A stretch of 64,000 bases of DNA, from the NCBI GenBank assembly GCA_018883675.1, contig JAHLFS010000063.1:8104-72103 (forward strand), read 5' to 3'. Under the pieces are notes generated by a model. It made no database searches. It saw only the letters and a program-made list of their open reading frames with translations, and had not been told where the DNA came from. Position 1 is the first letter of the stretch, and the number at the start of each line of letters is the position of its first letter. This stretch comes from Candidatus Paralactobacillus gallistercoris (GTDB taxonomy: Bacteria > Bacillota > Bacilli > Lactobacillales > Lactobacillaceae). A program made the translations under genes and the position numbers. Shown piece by piece: positions 44,668-55,000 of this stretch.

Positions 44668-44697
44668 TTTACACCGCTAAGTAACAGCGGGTAAAAT
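44668..44697 (+). promoter_or_regulatory. Promoter of ltaS
   Basis: -35 TTTACA (44668-44673), an 18-nt spacer containing the inverted repeat CCGCT..AGCGG, and -10 TAAAAT (44692-44697). The track start ATG at 44696 lies inside this -10 box. Confidence 0.5.
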
Positions 44698-44737
44698 GAT
44701 TTTATTATTTAATACGTTAGAAGAAGGTTCAACATTA

Positions 44738-46972
44738 ATGCGTAGACATTTACAGCAATGGTGTAAATCACCGTTTTTTCCCATTGCGTTAGCTGTAATA
44801 GTTATTTGGATTAAAACGGTATTTGCTTACTATGCTGATTTTTCACTTGGTGTGGCCGATCTATTACAATTTTTCTTAACATTATTTAATCCAATTGGGG
44901 CCACTTTATTATTACTTAGCATTGCTTTGTATATTAAAAACCGACGGGTAGCTTTTTGGGTACTAGTCATTATTGACTTATTAAGTACTATCTTGCTGTA
45001 TGCTAATGTATTGTATTATCGTGAATTTACTGATTTCTTAACGGTAGGTACAATGCTCGGCGTTTCCAAGGTCTCGCGTGGACTAAGTGGTAGTTCAATT
45101 ATGTTAATGAAACCACACGATATTATTTATTGGTTAGATTTTATCGGATTTGGCTTATTTTTAATTGGTCGTGGATTAATGCATATTCGACCACTGGCAC
45201 AAATTACACCAGTTAAAATTGTTAACTTTTTTAACAAACCGGCTTTACAGCTTAAACCAATCTCTACTCTCCAAGCTTTCGCAGTAACTTCATTGGCAAC
45301 AGCTTTATTTAGTGCTGATTTAAGTTTGAGTGAAATGAACCGGCCGCAATTGTTAACACGAACATTTGACCGTAATTATATCGTTAAATACATTGGTATC
45401 GATGCTTTAACCGTTTACGATGCCATTAAAACCGCACAAAACAATCAAGTGCGCTCCCAAGCAGATAGCGCGCAGTTAGATGATATTTTAAATTACGTTC
45501 ATCAAAATTATGCCGCTCCAAATAAAAAATATTTTGGTATTGCTAAAGGGAAAAACGTTATTATTATTCACTTGGAAAGTTTCCAACAATTTTTAATTGG
45601 TCAAAAAATTGATGGTCAAGAAGTTACTCCCTTTTTAAACTCACTATATCATGACAAAAATACGATTAGCTTTGATAATTTCTTTCATCAAGTAGGACAA
45701 GGAAAAACGTCTGATGCCGAAAACATGTTAGAAACCAGTACGTTTGGATTACCACAAGGGTCATTGTTTACGACACTGGGATCAGATAATACTTTCCAAG
45801 CAGCACCAGCAATTTTACAACAGCAACAGGGATATACCAGTGCAGTCTTCCATGGTAATGTTGGTACTTTCTGGAACCGTGATAATACTTACCGCTCAAT
45901 GGGATATGATTATTTCTTTGATAAATCATATTTTGATGCTTCAGCAGGTTCATCGATGGAATATGGACTAAAAGATAAATTAATGTTTGCTGAATCAATT
46001 AAGTATCTCGAGCAATTACAGCAACCGTTTTATGCAAAATTCATCACTGTAACTAATCATTTTCCTTACCCCTTATCTAAGGAAGATACTAATTTCCCAT
46101 CCGCAGGAACTGATGATGATACGGTTAATGGTTATTTCCAAACTGCTCATTATCTTGACCAGGCCGTACAAGAATTCTTTAATTATTTAAAAGCAAGTGG
46201 CTTATATGATAAGTCAATCATTATTTTATATGGGGATCACTATGGCATTTCTGATTCGAGTAACAAAGCCTTAGCGCCATTATTAGGCAAAGATCCTGAG
46301 CGGTGGAATGATTTTGATAATGCACAATTACAACGGGTGCCATTTATGATTCATATGCCTGGGCTTCCCGGTGGCATTAGACATACCTATGGTGGTGAAA
46401 TTGATGTTTTACCAACTTTATTACACTTATTAGGAATTAACACTCAAAATTATGTTCAATTCGGTACTGATTTACTATCACCGCAACATCAACAATTAGT
46501 AGCGTTCCGTAATCATGATTTTGTAACGCCAAAATATACTTACACTAATGGCAAAATCTATCGGAACAGTGATGGTGCGATAATTAGTGATCCAAGTCCT
46601 AAATTGCAAAAATTAATTGCCCGCGATCAAGCAAAAGTAAACACAGAATTAAGCTTATCTGATAAGCTTAATCAAAAGAACTTACTCCGCTTTTACACGC
46701 CACCTGGTTTTAAACCAGTGGCACCAAAAGATTACGATTATAATGATTGTTACCAACGTGAAATGGCAATTAATCAACGTTTGGGCGATCATTCGACTAG
46801 TTTGTTTGCGCAAAATCATGATAAATCAACTACTGATCTTTATCATACTGACGCACCTGAATTAAACGGTAAAACACAAGATATTACTGATGTTCCTGAC
46901 AGTGTTAAAAATAATCAAGATAGCGAACAAAGCCAAAGTACAACTAGCATGAGTAGTTCATGTAGTAACTAG
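44738..46972 (+). CDS. ltaS: Lipoteichoic acid synthase LtaS (polyglycerol-phosphate transferase)
   Basis: Five N-terminal TM helices plus an extracellular sulfatase-fold domain (IIIHLESFQ..., TVTNHFPY, YGDHYG). The start is moved to MRRHLQQW (44738), downstream of the promoter. Confidence 0.9.
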   Translation: MRRHLQQWCKSPFFPIALAVIVIWIKTVFAYYADFSLGVADLLQFFLTLFNPIGATLLLLSIALYIKNRRVAFWVLVIIDLLSTILLYANVLYYREFTDFLTVGTMLGVSKVSRGLSGSSIMLMKPHDIIYWLDFIGFGLFLIGRGLMHIRPLAQITPVKIVNFFNKPALQLKPISTLQAFAVTSLATALFSADLSLSEMNRPQLLTRTFDRNYIVKYIGIDALTVYDAIKTAQNNQVRSQADSAQLDDILNYVHQNYAAPNKKYFGIAKGKNVIIIHLESFQQFLIGQKIDGQEVTPFLNSLYHDKNTISFDNFFHQVGQGKTSDAENMLETSTFGLPQGSLFTTLGSDNTFQAAPAILQQQQGYTSAVFHGNVGTFWNRDNTYRSMGYDYFFDKSYFDASAGSSMEYGLKDKLMFAESIKYLEQLQQPFYAKFITVTNHFPYPLSKEDTNFPSAGTDDDTVNGYFQTAHYLDQAVQEFFNYLKASGLYDKSIIILYGDHYGISDSSNKALAPLLGKDPERWNDFDNAQLQRVPFMIHMPGLPGGIRHTYGGEIDVLPTLLHLLGINTQNYVQFGTDLLSPQHQQLVAFRNHDFVTPKYTYTNGKIYRNSDGAIISDPSPKLQKLIARDQAKVNTELSLSDKLNQKNLLRFYTPPGFKPVAPKDYDYNDCYQREMAINQRLGDHSTSLFAQNHDKSTTDLYHTDAPELNGKTQDITDVPDSVKNNQDSEQSQSTTSMSSSCSN

Positions 46973-46976
46973 TCCA

Positions 46977-47018
46977 TAAAAAAATAGTCTTCCTAAATTT
47001 AGGAAGACTATTTTTTTA
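46977..47018. terminator. Bidirectional terminator between ltaS and the histidine kinase
   Basis: Hairpin AATAGTCTTCCT-aaattt-AGGAAGACTATT flanked by A7 and T7 runs. Confidence 0.88.
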
Positions 47019-48476
47019 TTCATCATCGGCATCTTTATTATCATCTGATGATAACGGATATCCTTTATCTGAAAAAATAACTGTAAAGCGTGTGCCCTTA
47101 CCTTTTTGGCTGGCGACGTCAATTTGTGCATGGTGTTGCTCAATTAATTGCCGTACAATAGCCATCCCTAAGCCTGATTCACCATACTTAGTATTTTTAC
47201 GTGATGGATCAGCTTTATAATAACGTTCCCAGATATTACGCATTTCTTCAGGAGTCATGCCAATGCCAGTATCACTAACAGTAAAGATCGCCCGGTGATC
47301 ACCCCGCTGCGCAGTTACAATAATTTTACCATTGGTTGTAAATTGAACTGCGTTTTGCATAATGTTAAACATGATTTGTACAAAACGATCATAATCAGCA
47401 TAAACCTTTACTTCTTTATCAGCTTTAAGAGTCATCGTATCATGAACATCTTTTACCTTATTATCTAGTTGTGAAACAATGTTACTTAAAGCTTCCGTAG
47501 CATTAAATTCTTTTTCATGTAATGGTATTTGATTAGTACGGATCTTTTCGTAATCAAGATTATCGTTAACTAAACGAATTAAACGTTTCGTTTCATTACG
47601 CATTAATTGAATACTTTTAGCACGACTTTCTTCCGGAATAGCATCATATACTAACCCTTCTAGTAAGCCATTAATCGTTGTCAATGGCGTGCGCATTTCA
47701 TGGGCAGCATTCATTAAGAATTGTCGTCGTTGTTCTTCTTGACGTTTAATTTCTTTACGCGAAGCTGCTAATGCCTTAGACATGCTGTTAAAATCATCAA
47801 CTAAGCTATCTAATTCATCATGATTTTTACTTTGCAAGTAAACATCATAATTTCCCTTAGCAATTTTATGCGTTGCTTCACGCAAACGATTAATTCGTAA
47901 AACCGTAATTCGTGATAAGAAGTAACTCATAATTACGGCGATTACTCCTGACACTACTAACGATATTAATAAGTTATTCTCAATACGTTGAATGCTAGTG
48001 CGAATATTGGCAATAGCCGAACCAACGTAAATTGCCGCTCGTAACTTATTTTGATAAAAAATAGGTTTAATAATCGCAATTTGGTCTTCTTTTTCACGTG
48101 TTACCGTATTTTTTTGTGGTAATAATCGTAATTTAATCGTCTTATTTTCTTGTAAATCATGCCAATATGATTTATTTAAATGCGTTTTAAAGTCAGTTGG
48201 ATAAACAACATTATTATTTTCATCAAATACTACAAAATTAACATATTGATCGTGTAAAATGGTTTCGCTATCTTGTAAAAAACGAATGGTATCAGCATCA
48301 GACGAATTATTAGCAATAAAAACATTTTGCACAATATTAGCATAATTAGCTAATTGCGTATATGTAGTATTGTATAAAGACTTAGTTATATATTGAATAA
48401 ATGATAAACCAGTTACTACTAGCGTAATTAAAATGACACTAAAAAAAGATAGCATCTGTTGGTAAGCTAGTTTCAT
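47016..48476 (-). CDS. Two-component sensor histidine kinase (two TM helices, extracellular loop, HAMP, HisKA, HATPase)
   Basis: H-box NAAHEMRTPL, N-box MQNAVQFT, and G-boxes SDTGIGM and GLGMAIV. Its start overlaps the stop of the response regulator gene (ATGA). Confidence 0.9.
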   Translation of the reverse strand: MKLAYQQMLSFFSVILITLVVTGLSFIQYITKSLYNTTYTQLANYANIVQNVFIANNSSDADTIRFLQDSETILHDQYVNFVVFDENNNVVYPTDFKTHLNKSYWHDLQENKTIKLRLLPQKNTVTREKEDQIAIIKPIFYQNKLRAAIYVGSAIANIRTSIQRIENNLLISLVVSGVIAVIMSYFLSRITVLRINRLREATHKIAKGNYDVYLQSKNHDELDSLVDDFNSMSKALAASRKEIKRQEEQRRQFLMNAAHEMRTPLTTINGLLEGLVYDAIPEESRAKSIQLMRNETKRLIRLVNDNLDYEKIRTNQIPLHEKEFNATEALSNIVSQLDNKVKDVHDTMTLKADKEVKVYADYDRFVQIMFNIMQNAVQFTTNGKIIVTAQRGDHRAIFTVSDTGIGMTPEEMRNIWERYYKADPSRKNTKYGESGLGMAIVRQLIEQHHAQIDVASQKGKGTRFTVIFSDKGYPLSSDDNKDADDE

Positions 48477-49213
48477 TATTCATCATCACCATTTTGAGAA
48501 TCATCAAATTTATAACCAACGCCCCAAACGGTCTGAATAATTTGTGGACCAACTTTTTCAATTTTTTGCCGCAATTTTTTAATATGGGCATCAACGGTGC
48601 GTTCATCACCGTAATATTGATAATCCCATACCAATTCAAGTAATTGTTCCCGTGAAAATACTTGTTTAGGACTTTTAGCTAAGGTACGTAATAAATCAAA
48701 TTCTTTAGGTGTCAAGCCTTTAATTTCTTTACCATCTAAGAAGGCTGAACGCATTTTACTACTTAACTTAAAGTGTTTTGTTTTAACATCAAAATCGTCA
48801 TTATCATGTACTTCTTTTGCAGCATTTTTAGCAGCGGCAGCGTTCATTTGTGAGCGCCGGTGTAATGCCTTAATCCGTGCAATTAAAGTAATTGGTGAAA
48901 ATGGTTTCGTAACGTAATCATCAGCACCTAATGATAAGCCCAAAACTTGATCACTTTCTGAATCACGAGCGGTTAACATAATTAATGGTACTGTTTTAGA
49001 AATATTACGAATCTCTTTGGCAACTTGCATACCATCAATTCCTGGTAAGTTTAGGTCTAATGTAATAATGTCCCAACTGTCAGGATCATCTTTAAACAAA
49101 GCTAATGCTTCATTACCATCATAAGCAAAATGAGCATCCCACTGTTCCTTTTGGAAAAACATTTCCATCATTTCTGAAACAGATTTATTATCTTCGATCA
49201 TTAATAACTTCAT
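48476..49213 (-). CDS. OmpR-family response regulator
   Basis: Receiver domain (ITLDLNLPGIDG, a T at LTARDS, K at VTKPF) and a winged-helix domain (TVWGVGYKF). Confidence 0.95.
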   Translation of the reverse strand: MKLLMIEDNKSVSEMMEMFFQKEQWDAHFAYDGNEALALFKDDPDSWDIITLDLNLPGIDGMQVAKEIRNISKTVPLIMLTARDSESDQVLGLSLGADDYVTKPFSPITLIARIKALHRRSQMNAAAAKNAAKEVHDNDDFDVKTKHFKLSSKMRSAFLDGKEIKGLTPKEFDLLRTLAKSPKQVFSREQLLELVWDYQYYGDERTVDAHIKKLRQKIEKVGPQIIQTVWGVGYKFDDSQNGDDE

Positions 49214-49331
49214 ATAAAAATTTCCTCACTGTTAAAATTAATATTCTTAGTAATTACGATCTTAATGTTACAATTATAATTATAAACAATTTAACCATAA
49301 ATTAGTATCATATACAAAAGGAAGAAAAATA

Positions 49332-50114
49332 ATGTTACCAAAAGCAGTCGTTTTCTTTGATTTAGATGGCACATTATACAACAGTCAACATCAACTAGTT
49401 GCTAGTAGCCTACAAGCCATCAAACAGTTGCGGCAAAATAATATTCTACCAGTAATTGCCACGGGACGAGCACGGGCTGAAATTGATAATACCTTAGCTA
49501 TTACTGGAATTGATTCATTTATTACAACAAACGGTGCCGCGGTTACATTACATAATCAACAAATTTATCATGATTATATTGCTCCACAATTATGTCACCA
49601 AGTAGTAACATTGGCACGTCAATTAGGTGATACAGTTAGTTTTTACAACGATGATCATGAAGCAATCGATCATGCTACACCACTTTCGTTAGCGCGGCAT
49701 CGTTATTTAGGTAAAGTTGCCCAAGTTGATCCACTTTTTTATCAAAAACAACCCGTGCAATTATTACTAATTATTGCTGCGCAACAGGAACAACATGATC
49801 AACAATATCGTGAACAACTTGGCCAAAATTTAAAATTATACCGAACTTCTGATTATACAATTGATACAATCAATAAAAATTGTTCTAAAAAAGCGGGCAT
49901 CCAACGATTACTAACCGCTTTAGCAATCAATAAACAAGTACCAACATATGCGTTTGGTGACAGTAATAATGATCTGGAAATGTTTAGCATGGTTAAGCAT
50001 CCAATTGCGATGGGTAATGCTTTGCCAGTAGTTAAACAAGCAGCTGAATACATTACGACTGATCACAATAGCGATGGTATCATTAATGGTTTAAAACATT
50101 TTAAATTGATTTAA
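49332..50114 (+). CDS. Cof-type HAD-IIB family hydrolase
   Basis: Motif I FFDLDGTL and motif IV GDSNNDLEMF. Confidence 0.85.
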   Translation: MLPKAVVFFDLDGTLYNSQHQLVASSLQAIKQLRQNNILPVIATGRARAEIDNTLAITGIDSFITTNGAAVTLHNQQIYHDYIAPQLCHQVVTLARQLGDTVSFYNDDHEAIDHATPLSLARHRYLGKVAQVDPLFYQKQPVQLLLIIAAQQEQHDQQYREQLGQNLKLYRTSDYTIDTINKNCSKKAGIQRLLTALAINKQVPTYAFGDSNNDLEMFSMVKHPIAMGNALPVVKQAAEYITTDHNSDGIINGLKHFKLI

Positions 50115-50140
50115 TTTTTGGCAGTGCAGGTGATTTAACT

Positions 50141-51151
50141 ATGAAAACTCCATTAACAATCATCGTTCCCACATACAATGTGGCACGTTTTTTAAAACAA
50201 TGTCTAACCGCCATTCAAAAACAAACCTTTTTAAATTTTGAGTGCTTAATTGTTGATGACGGTTCTACTGATAAATCAATCATGATTAGTGAACAATTTT
50301 GTCAACAGGACAATCGCTTCCAATTAATCAAATGCGAACATCATTCTCTGGCTCATGTCCAAAATGTCGGTTTACAACATGCACATGGGGAATATGTTAC
50401 TTTTTGTGATGGCGATGATTTTGTTGGCAATAATGGTTACAGCAAAGTTATGCAAATCGCGCAGGAACAGCATCCTGATTTAATTGTTAGCAATTTTTGC
50501 CGTTACTATAATGATGCAAAACACGCACGAACTAATATGATGGTTCCAACAGTAATGAAAGGTAATGATCTTATTCAAGCCTTTCCTAAACTTTATCAAC
50601 AAAACTTTATGTTCTACGACTGGAACAAGATTTATCGCTACGAGTTAATTAAAGAAATGCGTTTTCGCGATTTAACAGTAGGTTTAGATACTATTTTTAA
50701 TTATGAATTATTTGCTAAAAAACCAACCGTTATCTTTAATGATGAGCAGTATTATTTTTATCGCCAACGGTTAGGTTCATTAGTTAACCACTATGATCCG
50801 CACCGCTTGAGTATTCGTAAACAAGAAACAAATGCTTTAGCTACTCTTTTACAAGGTTGGCAAGCCGAATATCAAGATAAATTATTAACATATGATTGGT
50901 TTGCGACATTGTCATTATGTATCAAAAACCTTTACTTGCCTGATTCGCCATTAGTTGCAGCACAACGACTACAAACTATTAAGCACTTATTAGCAGAATG
51001 CTTACCACATATTAATAACGCATATTTAACTAATGATGAATTACATGATATTAATCTCTGGCAAAATCTTAACGATGATCAAGTCCTAATTAAAAAGTGG
51101 CAAAAAATTAATGCTAAATATTTCACCCCAACTAGTGATAAAAATGATTAG
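50141..51151 (+). CDS. Family 2 glycosyltransferase (soluble, no TM segment seen)
   Basis: Motifs IIVPTYN, VDDGSTD and CDGDD. Confidence 0.85.
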   Translation: MKTPLTIIVPTYNVARFLKQCLTAIQKQTFLNFECLIVDDGSTDKSIMISEQFCQQDNRFQLIKCEHHSLAHVQNVGLQHAHGEYVTFCDGDDFVGNNGYSKVMQIAQEQHPDLIVSNFCRYYNDAKHARTNMMVPTVMKGNDLIQAFPKLYQQNFMFYDWNKIYRYELIKEMRFRDLTVGLDTIFNYELFAKKPTVIFNDEQYYFYRQRLGSLVNHYDPHRLSIRKQETNALATLLQGWQAEYQDKLLTYDWFATLSLCIKNLYLPDSPLVAAQRLQTIKHLLAECLPHINNAYLTNDELHDINLWQNLNDDQVLIKKWQKINAKYFTPTSDKND

Positions 51152-51389
51152 TGTCATCATTTTTATCATCAGTGGTATTTTAGCCATTACTAGTGCATGC
51201 AGTATCTATCCACAACGCAGTCGTTATCTAAATAATGCAGCATTATTACTAGCATTACTAAGTGGCGTCCTCTTCATTATTCAACGACCAGCCGTACACT
51301 TAAATATTTTTGTTGGTTTTTGGATTGGTACTTTACTTTTCATGATTGCCCTTGGCATTGTCATTTTTAAAAATAATAAACAAAACTAA
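51144..51389 (+). CDS. Small 3-TM membrane protein translationally coupled to the GT2 gene
   Basis: Its ATG overlaps the GT2 stop (ATGATTAG). Hydrophobic, 81 aa. The track ORF starts 33 nt earlier at a less likely Met. Confidence 0.45.
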   Translation: MISVIIFIISGILAITSACSIYPQRSRYLNNAALLLALLSGVLFIIQRPAVHLNIFVGFWIGTLLFMIALGIVIFKNNKQN

Positions 51390-51392
51390 GTT

Positions 51393-51431
51393 AAAAAGCA
51401 GCTGTTTATAACTAAAACAGTTGCTTTTTTA
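51393..51431 (+). terminator. Intrinsic terminator after the GT2 and small-membrane pair
   Basis: Hairpin AAGCAGCTGTT-tataacta-AACAGTTGCTT followed by T6. Confidence 0.8.
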
Positions 51432-51510
51432 TATTTATAAAAAAATTGAATTTTTATTCATAAGTATTTTTGGCTATAATAAAAGGTAATAATTATATGG
51501 AGGTAATTCC

Positions 51511-52863
51511 ATGGAAACTAATGAACAGCCGCATTTGGCTCGTAATTTAAAAAGTCGTCATGTACAATTAATTGCAATTGGTGGGACGATTGGCACAGGG
51601 TTGTTCTTAGGATCAGGCGAATCAATTCACTTCGCCGGTCCATCAATTTTATTAGCTTATTTAATTACTGGCATTATTTGTTTCTGGTTAATGCGTGCTT
51701 TAGGTGAATTATTATTATCTGATCTTGATCATACTTCTTTTGTTGATTTCATCCGTGATTATTTAGGTAATCGTGCTAGTTTTATCATTGGTTGGACTTA
51801 CTGGATGTGCTGGATAACACTAGCTATGAGTGAAGTTACCGCACTGGGATTATATATGCAATTTTGGTTTCCGCATTTACCACAATGGATACCAGGATTA
51901 ATTATCTTAGTTATCTTATTAAGTATTAATTTAATTACAGTGGCTTTATTTGGCGAAACGGAATTTTGGTTTGCATTAATCAAAATTATTGCAATTATTG
52001 CGTTAATTGTTACTGGTATTTTTTTAATTTTAATTCATTTCAAAACAACTAGTGGCTATGTTGGTTTAAATAATTTAGTTAACCATGGTGGCATCTTCCC
52101 ACGGGGCTTAAAAGGATTTTGTTTATCATTTCAAATGGTTGTTTTTAGCTTTGTAGGTGTTGAAATGGTCGGTATGACCGCTTCTGAAACAGCTGATCCG
52201 CAACACGTTATTCCGAAAGCAATTAATAGTATTCCGTTACGAATTATTTTATTTTATGTCGGTTCTTTATTCGTAATCATGTGTATCTATCCTTGGAATA
52301 AGGTAGCTACAAATTCAAGTCCATTTGTACAAGTTTTTGGTGATTTAGGTATTAAAGCCGCGGCTGGTATTATTAATTTTGTTGTTATTACTGCGGCAGC
52401 ATCAGCATGCAATAGTGCATTGTATACAACCGGACGAATGTTATTTTCACTCGCAATCGATAGTAAAAATAAATATCTTCATAAAATTGGTCACTTATCA
52501 CGGCGACAAGTACCCCAAGCTGGTTTAATCGTTTCAACGATTATCATTGCTATTGCAGTCATTTTAAATATGTTTATGCCTAACGGAGTATTTACGTTAG
52601 TTTCTTCAATTGCAACTACTTGTTTCCTATTTGTATGGGCAAGCATTATCGGTGCGCACTTACGGTACCGGCATTCATCACTGGCATTAAAGAGTAATTT
52701 TAAAATGCCTTTAACACCTTGGTCAGATTATTTGGTGCTAATTTTCCTAGCATTTTTAATGATTGTGCTCTGCTGTCAAAAATCAACATTAATTGCATTA
52801 ATCTTATCATGCGTTTGGCTTTTGATTATTAATTTAATTTATCAACATAGTGCTCACAAATAA
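51511..52863 (+). CDS. Amino acid permease (APC superfamily, AAT family)
   Basis: 12 TM helices and the signature HVQLIAIGGTIGTGLFLGSG. Substrate is not assignable from sequence. Confidence 0.9.
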   Translation: METNEQPHLARNLKSRHVQLIAIGGTIGTGLFLGSGESIHFAGPSILLAYLITGIICFWLMRALGELLLSDLDHTSFVDFIRDYLGNRASFIIGWTYWMCWITLAMSEVTALGLYMQFWFPHLPQWIPGLIILVILLSINLITVALFGETEFWFALIKIIAIIALIVTGIFLILIHFKTTSGYVGLNNLVNHGGIFPRGLKGFCLSFQMVVFSFVGVEMVGMTASETADPQHVIPKAINSIPLRIILFYVGSLFVIMCIYPWNKVATNSSPFVQVFGDLGIKAAAGIINFVVITAAASACNSALYTTGRMLFSLAIDSKNKYLHKIGHLSRRQVPQAGLIVSTIIIAIAVILNMFMPNGVFTLVSSIATTCFLFVWASIIGAHLRYRHSSLALKSNFKMPLTPWSDYLVLIFLAFLMIVLCCQKSTLIALILSCVWLLIINLIYQHSAHK

Positions 52864-52898
52864 AAAAATCCAGAAGTTAGTAACTTCTGGATTTTTTT
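52862..52898. terminator. Bidirectional terminator between the permease and the methyltransferase
   Basis: Hairpin ATCCAGAAGTTA-gt-AACTTCTGGAT flanked by A7 and T7 runs. Confidence 0.88.
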
Positions 52899-52902
52899 AT
52901 TA

Positions 52903-53919
52903 TTATTGTAAATTACTCTGCCGCCATTGTTTAATTTCTTGTAAAAAAGCACTAAAAGCGGTTTGTTGATGAAAATCAGGAAATTCACCTACTAAAACTT
53001 GTTTAACTTGTTTCGCTTGATCGCCCGGTTTTTGTAAAATAAGTACGGCTTTTTGGGCCTGCGCATTCATAAAAAATGACTTAGGTAGATTTAATAATCC
53101 TTGAAAATAAACTGATTTAGTTAACCATGTCATCAATGGTTGTGATTGTTCAGAATTAAATAATTGACTAGGAACAATAAAGAAGCCAAAGCCATTAGGA
53201 CGAACATAACGCATGCTTTGTTCAATTAATAAATGATGCGCATAAGTATGCACGCCTTCAGCCTTAGTTTGGTAATTTTTAACATTATCATCTTGTGGAT
53301 AATATCCCACTGGTAAATCACTAATGGCCAAGGCAACTTCTTTAACCATTAACGGATCAATACTGTCTTGATGATATAAGTCAACATGTAAGTTTTCTAA
53401 GGCAAAACCAGCGCTAGCTAAGGCTAATAAATCTTCATCATTATCAATACCAATGCCATTCAATGTAATATGCAAATCACTTTGTAAATGATTAATAACG
53501 GTGGCTAATAAATTCCCGGTACCAACTGCTAAATCTAAAATTTGATCATTATTTTGTAATTTAACAAATGTTTCGATTAAAAAAACAATTAATAAACCGA
53601 TTGCATCTGGTGTTAATTGTTTATTAGCTTCGATATGTTCATCACGCATGCCTTTTAAAACTGCTAATTGCCACGCTTGACGAATTTGATCAGGCTCATA
53701 CTGGTTTAAGTTAATTAATGCATACATTTGTTTTAACTTAGCAACGGTTGGTTCATCAGGTGCACCGGCTTCAACGTTAACACGTTTATTTTTTAAATTA
53801 TCACAAGTTTCAATTAAAGCATCCAAGTAAGGTACTTTTAATGCCGCTTTTAATGTCGATGTTGCTTCGTTAAGTTGATCGTACAAAGCAGTTACTGCTT
53901 GATTATCCGTATATGTCAC
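52903..53919 (-). CDS. Class I SAM-dependent methyltransferase, YtxK-like (N6-adenine DNA MTase-like), last gene of the comG transcription unit
   Basis: Motif I DLAVGTGNLL and a motif IV-like DLPVGYYP. It follows comGG, as in many Bacillota. The GTG start overlaps the SD, so the exact start is uncertain. Confidence 0.8.
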   Translation of the reverse strand: MTYTDNQAVTALYDQLNEATSTLKAALKVPYLDALIETCDNLKNKRVNVEAGAPDEPTVAKLKQMYALINLNQYEPDQIRQAWQLAVLKGMRDEHIEANKQLTPDAIGLLIVFLIETFVKLQNNDQILDLAVGTGNLLATVINHLQSDLHITLNGIGIDNDEDLLALASAGFALENLHVDLYHQDSIDPLMVKEVALAISDLPVGYYPQDDNVKNYQTKAEGVHTYAHHLLIEQSMRYVRPNGFGFFIVPSQLFNSEQSQPLMTWLTKSVYFQGLLNLPKSFFMNAQAQKAVLILQKPGDQAKQVKQVLVGEFPDFHQQTAFSAFLQEIKQWRQSNLQ

Positions 53920-53973
53920 CTCTTAATAATTCCTAATAATTATTCTAGCGATATGCGGTTTTTCTAGCAAGAT

Positions 53974-54258
53974 TTATAAGTCTTCATCATTAACAATAAA
54001 ATCTTCATGATAACCATTTCGTAACCATACTTTAATTCGTTGGGTGGTATGTTGGGCTTCGCCAAAAGAATTACGATAACGTTCATAATGTCCTAATTGT
54101 AATTGTTGTGCACATAATTGTGCTTGATAATGATTATTCAAATTATTCAAGCGCCGACGCTGCACATACTCGTAGTTACATAACGATAAAATAACTACTA
54201 AAGTAACTGTTAATGTTACTATAACCGAAGCAAGCAAATTAGCTGGTAATTTTTTCAT
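53974..54258 (-). CDS. comGG: ComGG-like competence pseudopilus protein
   Basis: 94 aa with one N-terminal TM helix. The call rests on position after comGF; sequence is poorly conserved. Confidence 0.55.
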   Translation of the reverse strand: MKKLPANLLASVIVTLTVTLVVILSLCNYEYVQRRRLNNLNNHYQAQLCAQQLQLGHYERYRNSFGEAQHTTQRIKVWLRNGYHEDFIVNDEDL

Positions 54259-54724
54259 ATGTTGTTTCCTTTAAATGACGTGGATAAAAATAAACTAAAT
54301 ATTTTTTACCATGAATAGTCGTTTGTAATTGTAAAGTCCGGTCAATGAATTGCAAAGAGCTATGCTTACCATTTAATAATAATGGCATATGCCCTTTACG
54401 ATCGCTAGATTGCAAACGTAACATTTGTTTTTTAGCATACCAATCAAGACGATATTCTTTCTTAATTAAGTAACCACTATCATTGGGTAAAAACGGTTCA
54501 AAAATAATTGTTTTGCCAGTTGAAACGTAACTAACATTAATTAGTTCATCAATAGCTAAACACGCATCAGCAAAGCGTAATTCATCTAAGCGGTTTTGAT
54601 AAGCCAATGCTGTCTTTAATAAATGAGTAATATTAACTAATGTTAAAATACATAAACACATAATTAGTAAATTCACCAAGTGTTCAAATAATAAAAAACC
54701 TTGTGCTTTACCACGTAACTTCAT
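54239..54724 (-). CDS. comGF: ComGF minor pseudopilin
   Basis: Prepilin-like N-terminus KAQGFLLFEHLV followed by a hydrophobic helix. I prefer the ATG at 54724 behind the GGTGG SD. Confidence 0.7.
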   Translation of the reverse strand: MKLRGKAQGFLLFEHLVNLLIMCLCILTLVNITHLLKTALAYQNRLDELRFADACLAIDELINVSYVSTGKTIIFEPFLPNDSGYLIKKEYRLDWYAKKQMLRLQSSDRKGHMPLLLNGKHSSLQFIDRTLQLQTTIHGKKYLVYFYPRHLKETTYEKITS

Positions 54725-54742
54725 AAGTACTACCACCGCCGT

Positions 54743-55000
54743 TTACCTTAATACCATTAGCAATTTGGGTAACATGATATGTTGTTGAATTAAGAATATA
54801 CTGCTGATGTTTAAGTTCTGTGTGTTTTGCAATTCCCGAAGTGCCATAACAGCAACTTGCTTCAACTGCACGTTATTAACACGATCATGCAGATGTTGTG
54901 TTGTTGCTTGTAACTGCAATGCTAGTATAATTAAAGTTAATAATGATAGTAGTAAACTAATAATACTTTCTGATAAAATCATTCCTCTATACTTCTTCAT
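54743..55000 (-). CDS. comGE: ComGE-like minor pseudopilin
   Basis: Start at MKKYRGMILSESIISLLLSL, with a hydrophobic N-terminal helix. Positional call; it overlaps the comGD end. Confidence 0.55.
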   Translation of the reverse strand: MKKYRGMILSESIISLLLSLLTLIILALQLQATTQHLHDRVNNVQLKQVAVMALRELQNTQNLNISSIFLIQQHIMLPKLLMVLR

